Source of the DNA: the human T2T-CHM13v2.0 reference genome, Homo sapiens
DNA: 64,000 nt
Assembly (NCBI RefSeq): GCF_009914755.1
Contig: NC_060927.1
Reading direction: 5' to 3' (one strand)
Below the pieces are notes generated by a model. It saw only the letters and a list, made by a program, of their open reading frames with translations, did not search any database and had not been told where the DNA came from. Positions 13,160-26,149 of the stretch are shown in pieces. Within the stretch, counting starts at the first letter, position 1; every line of letters begins with the position of its first letter. The position numbers were made by a program, and so were the translations under genes.

Positions 13160-13906
13160 GATAAAATGTATGTTTAACCTTTTGTAGTCAACACTTTTTT
13201 GATTGAGGTCAGGTGAATACTGGAATTAGGAAACATAAAGACCACATGTTAATATAACTCAGTGTAAAGACAGCACTGAAAAAATAATAGATGAGATTTC
13301 AATGGGTGCATAAGCCTATATATATAATAAAATAAGTGGAGATATTCACTACAATTATGATGATGTGTGTATTAGAGTAATGCAATCGGTGGTAGGGTTT
13401 ACTTTTTTTTAAACTTTATGCAGTCACTGATAAATATGGAAATGCTCCTACAAAGCCTTATCTATACATTTTATTTTCTTTTTTAATACCATTAATACAA
13501 ACATTGCTGGGTTATAAAGAACCAGAAATAACATTCAAATCCTCTCATTTAAATTTCCCTGAAAAATTCCTATGCTTTTCATTGCTTTGAAGTAAGAACT
13601 TCTGATGCTTCCTACAATAAATCTCTCTTTGAATCCATTAAGTTTTAGGAACATGGTTTTTATATATAAATATACATATTCACATGTATATTTATACATA
13701 GATGTAGATACATATATATGTATGTCTTGCATTAGTTGATTGGTTCAAATAATTGAAATAGTTTACATAAATATGGCTATGGGATATATCACATAATTGG
13801 CTAAAACATAAGACATATGTATGTAAAGAATATTTTAGACGTGGGTTTGTAGCAATAAGTATTGTGTCAATACTCTATTTGCAGAAGCTTTTCAAAGAAC
13901 CTAATG

Positions 13907-14220
<314 letters not shown>

Positions 14221-14480
14221 AATAGACTCAAGGGCAGATTTTAATTTTTCACTGTTTGTCAATATGAAGAGAATGGTGTGTATAGCCTCTTCACATCCTA
14301 GATAATTTAGATGAATATTCTGACCTTCAATGAGGGTCTCTCATCACACTTCCATTTGCATATTTTAGAAAATTTTATTTGTATTTTGGTTTCTTTTCAT
14401 TCAGTTGTTCCCTAGACTGAAAAGAGATCTATAACAGAATCTCATGACTTGATAATCCAACTCACTCTCAGAGGACTCAA

Positions 14481-14526
<46 letters not shown>

Positions 14527-14548
14527 TTATCTATCATCTATCTATCTA
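14481..14548. repeat. (ATCT)n tetranucleotide STR
   Basis: About 11 pure ATCT units followed by a variant tail. Confidence 0.95.
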
Positions 14549-14741
14549 GTCTTCACACCTAGGAGTTTTCCACTTTTAATCCAGCCATTTTAATTGAGTC
14601 AGAGATTAATTGAGGATTGCATTGCATAATCCTGGTTAGGATTCCCCTGGTTAAGATGTCACGGAAGAGTGGTCTCAAAGTCCCAAGCTGTTTAATATTT
14701 AAAGAGACTGATAGGAGGGGTTCTTTTTACCCTGAAATAGC

Positions 14742-15705
14742 AATTTCTCAAAAGAAGACATAGAATAACAAATAGGTATATATTTTAAATGCTTGACATC
14801 ACCAATTATCAGGAAAATGCACATCAAAACCACGAAGATACATCATCTCACCTCAATTAAAAAGGTTATTTTTAAAAAGTCAGGCAGTAATGCATGCTGG
14901 CGAGGATGTGGAGAAAGGCGAGCACACTTTCACTGTTAGTGGGAATGTAAATTAGTACAATCACTATGAAAAAACAATATGGAGACTCCTCATAAAACTA
15001 AAAATAGAACTACCATATGATCCAGAAATCCTACTGCTGGAGATATAGTCAAAAAAAGAAATCAGTATATCAATGAGATATCTGCACCTCCATGTTTATT
15101 ACAGCACTATCCACAATAGCGAATACATGGAATCAACCTAAGTGTCCTTCAACAGATAAATGGATAAAGAAAATGTGGTATATGCACACAATGAAATATT
15201 ATTCAGCCATAAAAAAGAATGAATTCCTGTCATTTGCAGCAGCATGGATGGAATGGAGGACATTATGTTAAGTGAAATAAGCCAGACACAGAAAGACAAA
15301 TATTGCATGTTCTCACTTACATGTGGAATCTAAAATAATTGAGTTCATGAAGGTAACAAATAGAATGGTGGTGTTCAGAGCCTGGAAAGTGTAGTGGAGA
15401 GTGGCAATAAAGAAGGGTTAGTTAATGGGTGGAAAAAATGCAATTAGAGAGAAGGAATAAGATTTAGTGTTCAATAACAAAATAGGGCAACTACAGTTAA
15501 CAATAATTTATTGTGTATTTCAAAATAACTGGAAGAGAAGATCTGGGATGTTCCCAACACAAAGAAATGATAAATGTTTGAGGTGATGGATATACCGAAT
15601 ATCCAGATTTATTCATTACACATACATATATGAATAGATCACATGTACTTCATAAATATGTACAACTATTATGTATCCATAAAAATGAAAATAAAATAAA
15701 TTAAA
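14742..15705 (+). mobile_element. L1MA-type 5'-truncated element (ORF2 C-terminus plus 3'UTR)
   Basis: ccatatgatccagaaatcctactgctgg, ggataaagaaaatgtggta, atgtttgaggtgatggata; A-rich tail. Confidence 0.9.
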
Positions 15706-17534
15706 GGCGTAGATGCCTTATTATTGCTCCTGTAGATCTAAATGTCCTAAGGATAGATCAGGGAAAAAAAAATGTCGCTAGGAAAGAGATGTAAATCATG
15801 CTGGGGTAGTCACTGCAAGGTGTATAGGCAAACACTCATCTTTTTCTCAGTTGTAGCTGTGGTCTTAGGGAAAACACTTGAAATTTAAGAGTCCAAAATA
15901 ATGTGAAATATAAATTAGAGATAATCTCAGTAAACATAGAAAAATGTTTTGAGAGTTCACTGTATCTTAGTGGAATGGCAACAACAAAAACAATGTCATA
16001 TTAGCTAAGATGAGACTGATCTACCTCAGACAGAATCCCAGTGGCAGTGGGATTACATATTTGTTTTGGTGCTGCAACTTGGATAGTCCCTTAATCCAGC
16101 TTCACAGACTCTGTAATGGGGATGACAGCAACATATCATAAATAAAGTGTAGAAGCAATAACTGGTAATTCCAAACATTCTGGGAAAGACCTTGCTAAAG
16201 TCCCATTGCAATGTCACATAGGAGGCAATAACAGAGCCACCACAACATGAGGCACAGCAAAGAGAAAAGACATTCACATTAATTTGGAAGCAAACATCTG
16301 GGCATGATTTCTTATCATGTTACTTATCATGTTTCTCTACTTGACAGAAAAATGAAATTCATATTGCCTGTAATTTTATAAGAATTAAATGAGTTAATTC
16401 ATGATATTCCTTTATAAGACTTTTGCAAGAACGTTGGAGACAAGGGAAGAAAATATGTGTGATACCCTGAAGAAAAAGATTTGTATAGAAAATGACATGA
16501 CTTACCTGCTCATCCTGCTGACTCTTGGTCAAGAGCAGTAAACCCTTTCTATACCTGGAACGTTAAAACACCATTGATCCTGCTCTCTGAGAATCGCATC
16601 ATCAAACAGCAGGGAAATATACTTAATGGTTAGAAAGCAGCTAAATCTTACTCTAAGATAGATGAAAAGAACTTCTTAGATTCAAATTGAGTGGCTCTAC
16701 CTATGCATTAAAATAATGATTTACCACTGTTAAATGAAATGGCTGACAAAGAAAGAAATAAATTTGTTTTTTCTCTAAGGTTTCTTTTATCCAGGTGCTA
16801 GTGGATACCATAACCAATTAGATCTCATTTTCTATTTATATGAAGCAAATAGAGTTAAAAACAATGTTGTTTAGGGATGTTTTATATGGCAAAAGAAAGA
16901 ATGAGAGACAAAGAAAAGATGAAGAATTATAATGTATATTAATAAAAATGAAAATACATAAAATATTCATAATTATTTTAAAATAATTCAAAAATACAAG
17001 AATCTTTCATGAAAATAACTAATAACAGATCTGAAACTTCACTTATCACTTACTTCAAAAAGCCTTCAATGGAAACTCCTTATAAATTAAATTAATTTTT
17101 AATATTCCTTTTGTATTTTTGTAGAGATAGTATTGTACACATTTGCTTTTTTTCTTCCAAAACGTTAACTTTACAAATGAGAGATGAGGTTACAAAACTC
17201 ACGAACTAATGTCTACACATATTCATCTGTACCCATTTCCTGACTTACAGAGATCTAACATACATACTTATTAACAAAACTTACCCTACTAATTCAGCCT
17301 CTGCTGGCATGATCTCATCTGTTATTCTCACAAAAAAGAACCATCCTTTGTTTAGTAAATCCCTTTTCCACTCCCCTAGAGGACTGAAACATTGGTGTCA
17401 TCAATTACTCCTCTTATTCCAACCCTCGTGAAATAACCACATTCTATTGATTCTATTCATAACACTATTTTAATCTACGCTTCCTTCCATTCCCATGGTC
17501 ACCACCTTGGATCAAACATATTCTCCCATTACGG

Positions 17535-17775
17535 TGCATCTTGGTTTAAGAATTCAAACTCTTTGATCCTTAGGTTTGAATCTCTACTCTACCACTTAAT
17601 AAATTTTGATACTGGGGAAATTCTTTAACCATAATGGGATTTATTTTTCTAATATTTGGAAAAATACAGCAATTATTATCTACAAAACAGGGATAATAGA
17701 GCATATTATATATATACAATAATTTACACTTATATTCTAGGTTGGCAAATAAACATAAAGTACATATTATTTATT
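17535..17775 (+). mobile_element. MIR SINE (degraded)
   Basis: ggtttgaatctctactctaccactta...ctggggaaattctttaacc MIR core. Confidence 0.6.
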
Positions 17776-18744
17776 GTTACATCCAAATTTAACTTTCTGC
17801 CGCCATTCTTTTTTGAAACCATGCTATCAATTTGATCTTTTGAAACTACCCGATAACTCAAATTTGCCTTTATTCTAATGTGACACATAAATAAAATCAC
17901 AATTCCTTAGTTTAGCTTTTAAAGACTTCTGTATTTCCCAAATTTATAGCTTTATACTTTGTCATGTATTTGTTTAATATTGGTTGATCAATAACTATAT
18001 AAAGTTTTGGGTCAGATTTGCAGAGGACCCAGAAAACCTTCCATTGTTTCTCTTCAATTTTTTTATATTCCATCTAAATGCTTTGCTGGCTCAGAATTTC
18101 TTGCTTTTATATCCTCCTTAAATCCTATGGACCTATTAAAATCCAAACAAATACAATGACCATCACTCTCACAACATGTTATCTGGGGAAAATATTTTCT
18201 GCATCCTGCACACTCTTACAAATATCACAGATCTCTATACTATTGTTGTTTAAGCAAAATCAGTTTACCCTATAAGACTGCAGGGTCTAGATTTAGGGCC
18301 CAGGAATTTCTGTCATATTGCCTTTGAAGAGTCCATGTTTACTTCCTTCTTGGCATTTATATAGTTCTGCAATGTTCTTATTAATTGTTCTTTTTTCTCT
18401 TTCCCTCACTAGAATGTAAGTTTTATAAAGATAATAAACTTGACTATCATATTCCCCAGCATTTTACTCATGCTAAACATAAATCCTGACCCATCCTCCT
18501 GCCAAAATAGTTGCTAACATAGAGTTATCAAACTAATTGAAGACCTATACTTTATTTTTTACTAGATAAATAAATAACTTTTGGCTAAGAAACTTTTGAC
18601 ACTCCCAAAGCCACACATCAAGAATGTCTGTCTTGTTTTTCACCACTCCCACTCCCACTACTGGTCCCATCCATAGTTAGATAACATAAATTCCTTGAGA
18701 AAGTCTCAAAGGTTTGACAATTTTTATTATATTTTCACTTACCT

Positions 18745-19310
18745 TTTTATAATTTTTATTTAAAATAGTTTTAAAATAGGCCAAGGTGGGAGGATTGCAT
18801 GAAACCAGGAGTTTGAGGTTACAGTGAGCTGTGATGACACTGTTGTGCTCCAGCCTGAGCAACAGAGCAAGACCGTGTCTCAAAAAAAAAAAAAATGTTA
18901 TAGATTTACAGAAGAGTTGCAATGATAGCAAAGAACTCCTATATACCTTACACTCATCTTCCTCTAACCATAATCATGGTATATTCATCAATACTGAGAA
19001 TTTAATAGTAATACAATCCTATTATTAACTAAACTACTTATTCCACCAAGTTTTCCACTATTGTCTTACTTTTACTCCAAGACACAGTTTATACCACATT
19101 GCATTTAGTAATAATGTCTCCTTAGTGTCCTTCAAATCTTTGGTAGTTGCCTGATCCTTTCTGGTTTGTCATGCCCTCGGCACTGTTGAAGAATGTTGGT
19201 CATATATTTTGTAGAACATCTACCAATTGGGGTTTTTCTAATTTTTTTTCTCATTAAAAATTTAGATTCGACTGGGGTTATAGATTTTTGGGGAAGATAC
19301 ACAAAAAGAG
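18745..19310 (-). mobile_element. L1MC/MD-type 3' fragment
   Basis: agatttacagaagagttgcaa...accacattgcatttagt...atattttgtagaa...gactggggttatagatt. Confidence 0.75.
18779..18895 (+). mobile_element. Alu monomer (FRAM/AluJ right-arm fragment)
   Basis: ggccaaggtgggaggattgc...gaggttacagtgagctgtgat...ccagcctgagcaacagagcaagac followed by poly-A. Confidence 0.85.
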
Positions 19311-20985
19311 AAAGATTTACTGTTAAGTGAAATCAAATAACCTGTACCCCCACTGAAAGCATTCCAAAGAGGCAGAATATACTGCTTGGCCAAAACAATG
19401 AAGCAGTCACCAAACCTGGCAACTGAATGACAGTTTCAATGCAGATGGCAGAAGCAAAAACTTGGCAACTCTGGTGTAGGTTTAACTCAGAAAACAAGGG
19501 CAAGATATGAAGAGACAATATAACAATGGTGTTAAGTTTTAAAAATCCATTAGTTCTATAAAGAAATAATTTTACAATAGACCAAGTTTCAAAGCATTGT
19601 AAAACTTCATTTCATTAATATTTAAATTGATTTTCCACTAATGTCTTTCTTCAAATATTTAATTCTAGAATATTACTAGAAAATAAATTAAGTTTTAAAA
19701 TATGTTTTTAGTTCACATTATTTTGGTCACTTGTAAAACATTTTCATAATTTTCTGAGTTGTAAGCGTTCATGATAAACTAAGTTAATACGCCCTGCAGC
19801 TGCTAATACTTTTTCTTGATTTGTTTACTTTCGCTGCATGTCGAATTTGGGAAATACAGACAACACTAATTCAGTGTTGAATTAGACAACAATAATACAG
19901 ACAACACTCAGCTCATATTTCAAAGTAGTTCAAATGAATTCAGAATTAGCTTGAAATATGTAGTGATAAATGTAATTGAATATTACATCCTATGGCTTCA
20001 AAATTAAAGACATGTTTCTAAGGCTAATTTTCCATGTTGTTTTAAATAATAAATTATTATTTTTACTTCCAGAAAAGATAGTTTCAAAATGATACTCAAG
20101 CAATATTTTGTTTCTGATTTATCTAAAATGTTTTAAATTATCAAATCAATTTAAATACTGATCATCACAAATTTATTTCTGTCTCTAATATGCAAATATT
20201 CATTTTTCTGTTCTAACCATAATTTTGTCTAGCGAAAAGTTATTGAACTTCAAATTGTAATGTAATCAATTTTCCACTCCACAAATTGTCAAATTAAGGT
20301 GCTTGCTCTTTGAGTGTTCTCCATTTCAATAAATTAAATTCCAGTTCCAGTATATAATTTTCTGTAAATATATAACACATATATAATTTTAATTCATTAT
20401 TTAATAATAAATATTTAAAAACTCAGATTTACAGTTGCAATATAACCATTCTGACTTTGTGGCTAGGAAACCTCACCTACAAAACACGTATAATATCACC
20501 TCTTCGACTTCAAATCATGTTTTCTACAGCCTTTGCTGTCTTAACTTAGCATTTTTGTAGCAATTACAAAAAAAAAAAGATAAAATCAAGATTAGAATCT
20601 TTGAGTGAGTTCCTTTACACACAAACAATTTTTTAACTCCTGCTATTTTTACATATTCTATTTTAAAATTTGAAAACATTTATTTGGTTTTTATTAGAGT
20701 TTTGTTGACACTGAACTTACCTCTAGCTACATAGTTTTACTTTTCTTTAACTGAGCAATATAAATATATTATAACCAAATTATATGTGCAACATTATATT
20801 ATGTAATAATTTAAATAATTTTTAAATAATTATTATCGAATTCTTATACATATATGTATAAATATGCATATGAGTCAGATATTATAATTAAATACTTTTT
20901 TATTCTTTTCTACGTGACAATTTTAATTTTCCTCCTCAGGAGCTAATAGATGTTGTAATGAACACCTCTTAATAATAAATAATTT

Positions 20986-21331
<346 letters not shown>

Positions 21332-21632
21332 TTATACTATATTTTTAATCCAATGGCCCTCCTTGCCTAGAGAGTCAGCAACTTTTAGAACCAGTTAAAC
21401 AGCACACAGGTGAAAGTAAGCACAGAGAATAACTTCTAGACTTAGTAAGTATTTTTTGAGATTAAGAAAAAAATCTGTGACTCATGACTGGAATATTTTT
21501 GGCTGTTGTTTTACTTAAAATTGTGTTAGCCATAAACAACAGAAAATCAATTTAAGGGGCTCTCAGTAATAAAAGTTATGTTATTTCACAAAACAATAAT
21601 TAGAGAGTGTTTAATTCAGGGTGAACTGATAA

Positions 21633-22443
21633 GGCAGTTCTCATAATGTGGATCTGAAATATTTTCCTGATAATACTCAGATATTATTTGCCCATTTCTC
21701 TCATGAGTGTACAGTGACATTTTCTAGGAGCTACATTATGTGTGATATCACAAATGGACTGAATGCAAAAAAATGATATAAGAATCCACCCTCTGCTATT
21801 AAGCCAAATATTAAAGAGATTAGAACACAATATAAAGTTATGCTTCTCTCACACAGTTATCTTTATTTTATTTTATTTTATTTTATTTTATTTTATTTTA
21901 TTTTTGAGATGGAGTCTCATTCTATCACTCAGGCTGGAGTACAGTGGCATGATCTAGGCTCACTGCAACCTCCACCTCCTGAGTTCAAGCGATTCACCTG
22001 CTTCAACCTCACGAGTAGCTGGAACTATTAGGCACGTGCCACTATGCAAAGCTATTTTTTTTATTATTTTTTTTTTTTTACTAGAGATGAGGTTTTACCA
22101 TGTTGGCAGGATGGTCTCGAACTCCTGACCTCAGTGATCCACCCGCCTCGGCCTCCCAAAGTGCTGGGATTACAGGTGTGAGCCACCCTGCCTGGCCACA
22201 ATTATCTTATTTTGAAAAAATACAGTTATCACTCATAAAAAAACATGTTATTCATGATAGCACATAATAAATATATTGATATCAAATGAATTAATATACA
22301 GTATGTTTTATTTTCTTCTTAAAAAAATTCTAATACAGCAAATATTGACAGATATAATCCACATAAACAGAAGCTCTTTGGAATCCTCAGTAATTTTTAA
22401 GACTGTAAAGAATTCCTGAGTCTCCAGAACTTGAGAGCCGCTG
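21633..22443 (+). mobile_element. hAT-Charlie non-autonomous element (Charlie4a-like) interrupted by an Alu
   Basis: gagtgtacagtg...ctattaagcca..attaaagagatt...ataatccacataaacagaagctctttgg...ttgagagccgctg terminus. Confidence 0.75.
21864..22197 (-). mobile_element. AluS with (TTTTA)n tail
   Basis: Full antisense Alu; TSD cacagttatctt/cacaattatctt. Confidence 0.9.
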
Positions 22444-23741
22444 GTTGAATGATAGATATCATGGGGATCCAGGTGCTTTTAATCTCCTACTTCTGTCATT
22501 ATCACAGGTGTTAATAATTTCTCTCCTCCACCCTTCTCTACAGTTAGATGACTGCTGCAGTAATTCTAGGTATCACATGCAGTTATGTGACACAGCAAAG
22601 AAGACAGGCAATTACTCCCAAGTGCTTCCTTTTATAAGGAAGACAAACCTTATTCATGACTCCCACAGAATTTATTTCATATCCCACTGGCTGGAAAAAA
22701 ATACATGTCTCTGTTAAAACAGTCATTCTAAGAAGAATGACATCACTCTGCCTAGCTAAGACCAGTTGTGACCCAACCTTGAGGAGAGAGGGAGAGCCAC
22801 TTGCTAGATTCTTCGGCCAAGCAGAGGCTAAACATTCAAAATAGAAAGGACCTTTGAACACAGGAAAGAATCATAGCTTGAGAAAGGATTTTGATATAGT
22901 CACTGTGTCATTTGCATCTGCTGTGCTGGATTTACTTTCAAAAATTTAGGCAAGTATTAGATACTGTAACCATCTCACGTGTGGCACTGATCATAGTCTT
23001 TTGCCATTTAATCATATTCAGAGATTACTGGAGTTTAAAGTTGAAAACGTTTTAAAAATTAGTATTTGAATATTAATTAAAGTAATAAATATAACAGGCT
23101 AAATGATTTTTTTAAAGTAACTTGAGACAATAGTTTGGTGGTAAGCACATTAATACAAAGAAGTGAAGATTTAAAATAAAGGAACGCCATAGATCTCAAA
23201 GAACATTCAGTGTATTTATTAGGGATTATTATATGCTTCCTTCAAAAATGCATATATTTTTAAGCATATTAAAAATAAATTATACATTTGAAAGTGTGTG
23301 CAGATAGGACACTACAAATAGCACCAATTTTATGCCTATATATAGTTGCTAATTTATTATGTTGTACTTGGGTTCCATTCTGGACCTTCTAATAGCAATG
23401 GACTGTGATGAGATGTTTTGGCTACTTAACCTAGGCCTATGCTAAATTTCTATGACTGTCTTCATGTAAAGTTTCTGATATTCATTTTCTAACTTATAAA
23501 ATAATTAACTTAAGGAAAAGAAATGACAGCAGAGATAACTCAGATGCTAAACACTGCTTTGGTAGATGTACTCTTAATTGTTTGCAAGAATTATACTCAC
23601 TTAAATTGGTTGGCCTTGTGATTCACTTTTTTTTCAGAGATTTGAAGACTGTGTATGCTAAAGAAATGATATTTTAGACATCTATTACAAACTGACATGA
23701 ATGACAAGTGTGTGCATATTTAATCACTTTGTGCATTTTAG

Positions 23742-23762
23742 GTGTGGGCACACTTTTACCTG
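23742..23762 (+). other. Candidate 21-nt microexon (host gene unidentified)
   Basis: tttaatcactttgtgcattttAG|GTGTGGGCACACTTTTACCTG|GTAAGTat; consensus donor, length divisible by 3, no stop in any frame, TGC just upstream of the acceptor. Confidence 0.4.
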
Positions 23763-24730
23763 GTAAGTATTTTTAAATATAAATATTTGATATTGCTCTG
23801 AAAAGGTTATGGTCTCAATTTCAGTTTTAGAATAAAGATTCCAAATTCATCTATATTGCTGTTATAACATCCTCAAAATGTTTTCAAAATTTAAATTAAA
23901 TTATTTGGAAATGAATTAGTATCATTTCAGACACATTTGCATATGTACTTGTCATATAATTTTTTAGGGGGAAGCTTGATTTTTCATCTTTCAAGTGAAT
24001 TATACACAATATTAAGGGTTTTTTATTGGTAGCTATTATATATTTTCTTTTGTAAATCATATGCATGTAACGCTGAGGCATTACAATATATAATGATAAA
24101 TATAAAGCATTTATTTTTATCTTCAAATTAAATACCAATTTCTACAACTGGAAATATTTTAGAGTACTTTCAAGCATAACCATACTTTTGTTCCAATTTT
24201 TAGACAAGAACTGACATATAATAACCTCAGACTGATATCTCTATATGTGTGTGAGTTATTTTAGTTGTTTATTTTGTTTTTGTCTTTATTTATTTTGGTT
24301 GTGTTGACAAGTTATTTGATCATAAACAAACAACACATTTGATTTAAAATGAAAATCTGACATCCAATTTGCAACCTTCTGTGAGCTAATACATTACCAG
24401 ATAAATCAATTCTATCATTGAATTGAATAGCAATTATAAGAATGTGGTTAAGTCAGCCAATTCAGTTGTATTTGGTGAAGCAATTTATGGTATTGCCCAT
24501 AAATGTGATGTTCCAATTTATGTTAAATGATGTCCTCCAGTGTCTCCTGTGGAGAAGTTGCTTTGCTGATGGCAAGTTCATATCACCCGTATCTCTAGGG
24601 GAAGTAGTTCAGTATGGTGATGCATTAAAGGAAAATTAAAATTAAATTTCAGTTGTCTTATAATAGCTTTTTATAATTATTTGACAACCTAGTTAACACC
24701 ACCAACATATTTTCTCTTCTAAAAGCCTAA

Positions 24731-25000
24731 CAGGTGTTTGCTGGAGTTTCATCTGTTACGAATCAGTACTGATTCCAACTGGACATGTTCCATTCAATAG
24801 ATGGATATTTTTTATATTTGTAGATATCCTGCACCTGTTCAAAGAGTATCAGCTCCAAACCTGTCTTCTGTTCCAAACCTGTCTGGCTGTTATGTTCTTG
24901 ACACCTGGCCCATCTGATCCACATCATTGTCTGTATAGAACAGATTTATTATACACATACTGTTGCACCTGTCTCAAATTATCTAAATCTGTCTCTGTCT
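24731..25000. promoter_or_regulatory. Candidate enhancer: E-box and GTCT cluster
   Basis: Seven CANNTG in 241 bp (24731, 24750, 24776, 24832, 24902, 24911, 24966) plus six GTCT. Confidence 0.3.
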
Positions 25001-25494
25001 GGAATATTGTCAGTTATAGAGGGATTGTGGAAAAATAGTTTTACCGATGCTGAATCATATTTTTCCTTCATGACAAAATGATACTTCAATTCTCTAAAAA
25101 CTTCATCAAAGTAAATTCTAAGTATATAAGTATATTGCCATTAGAAACAAACTGAAAATTTAGTACTTGAATGTTTTGCTATTTGCCGACTAAAATAGGC
25201 AGATTTTAAAGGCCAGAAGATTGAGACTCTGTTCATTACATATGCTGAGAATATGCTGATTTCATTATCCTTAGTAAATGTGACTTCATTATCCTTAGTA
25301 AATTAGGGAAGGTAGTTACCACTTGCGGGGTGCGGGAAGGGGTGGGAAGAAAGTATGTATTTTCATGGTCCATGGCAATTTAAGTTAGCTAATATTAATT
25401 TATCTGGAAAGGAAAGAATTGAGGAAATGTGCAGAATCAAAAGAAGAAAATCTAGGAGAGGGAGTTCCTAGTTCTACCTGAAAATTGCTTTTGT

Positions 25495-25793
25495 GACAGG
25501 GTGCGGTGGCTCACGCCTGTAATCCCAGCACGCTGGGAGGCCCAGTCGGGCCTATCACCAGAGGTCAGGAGTTAGAGACTAGCCGGGCCAACATGATGAA
25601 ACCCTGTCTCTACTGAAAGTACAAAATTAGCTGGCCGAGGTGGCTCACTCCTTTTATCCCAGCTACTCGGGAGGCTGAGGCACAAGAATTGCTGTGAACA
25701 TGAAAGGCTGAGGTTGCGGTGAAGTGAGATCTCACCACTGCACTCCAGCGTGGGCAACAAAGTGAGACTCCATCTCAAAAAAAAAAAAAAAAA
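25495..25793 (+). mobile_element. AluS (Sq/Sp-like, diverged)
   Basis: Full dimer with poly-A. Confidence 0.9.
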
Positions 25794-26149
25794 GCATCAT
25801 TTTTTTTCTTTAATGAGAATCTAAAAATTTTTAATAATTGTCTATCTCATCACATTGTTGGGGTGACTCCTTATTTTGCTATAAAAATTAGGGGAATTGG
25901 AAATACATTTTAGGTCCATGTATTTTTAGTTTTCCTGTAAGTCAAAAGATAATTCTGGTTTATAATAATATCACACACACACAAAAGTGATTTTAAAAGA
26001 CCCAAATTGTATTCTTACAAATTAGACTAGTTTTTTAAAAAAATAGATATTTTATCATGCAATCCAGACGTTCAGTTCCAAGAAGATAACAACCATGGCA
26101 TAATTTTAAATCTTCCAAATTTCTTCTTGATAACTAGACAAAGCAAGTA

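Larger units (their letters stand above)
21520..22910 (-). mobile_element. Old MLT1 (MLT1K/L-like) LTR split by a Charlie element
   Basis: caacagaaaatcaatttaag...ttatttcaca left part; gatccaggtgcttttaatct...gatgactgctgcagtaattctaggtatcacat right part. Confidence 0.55.
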
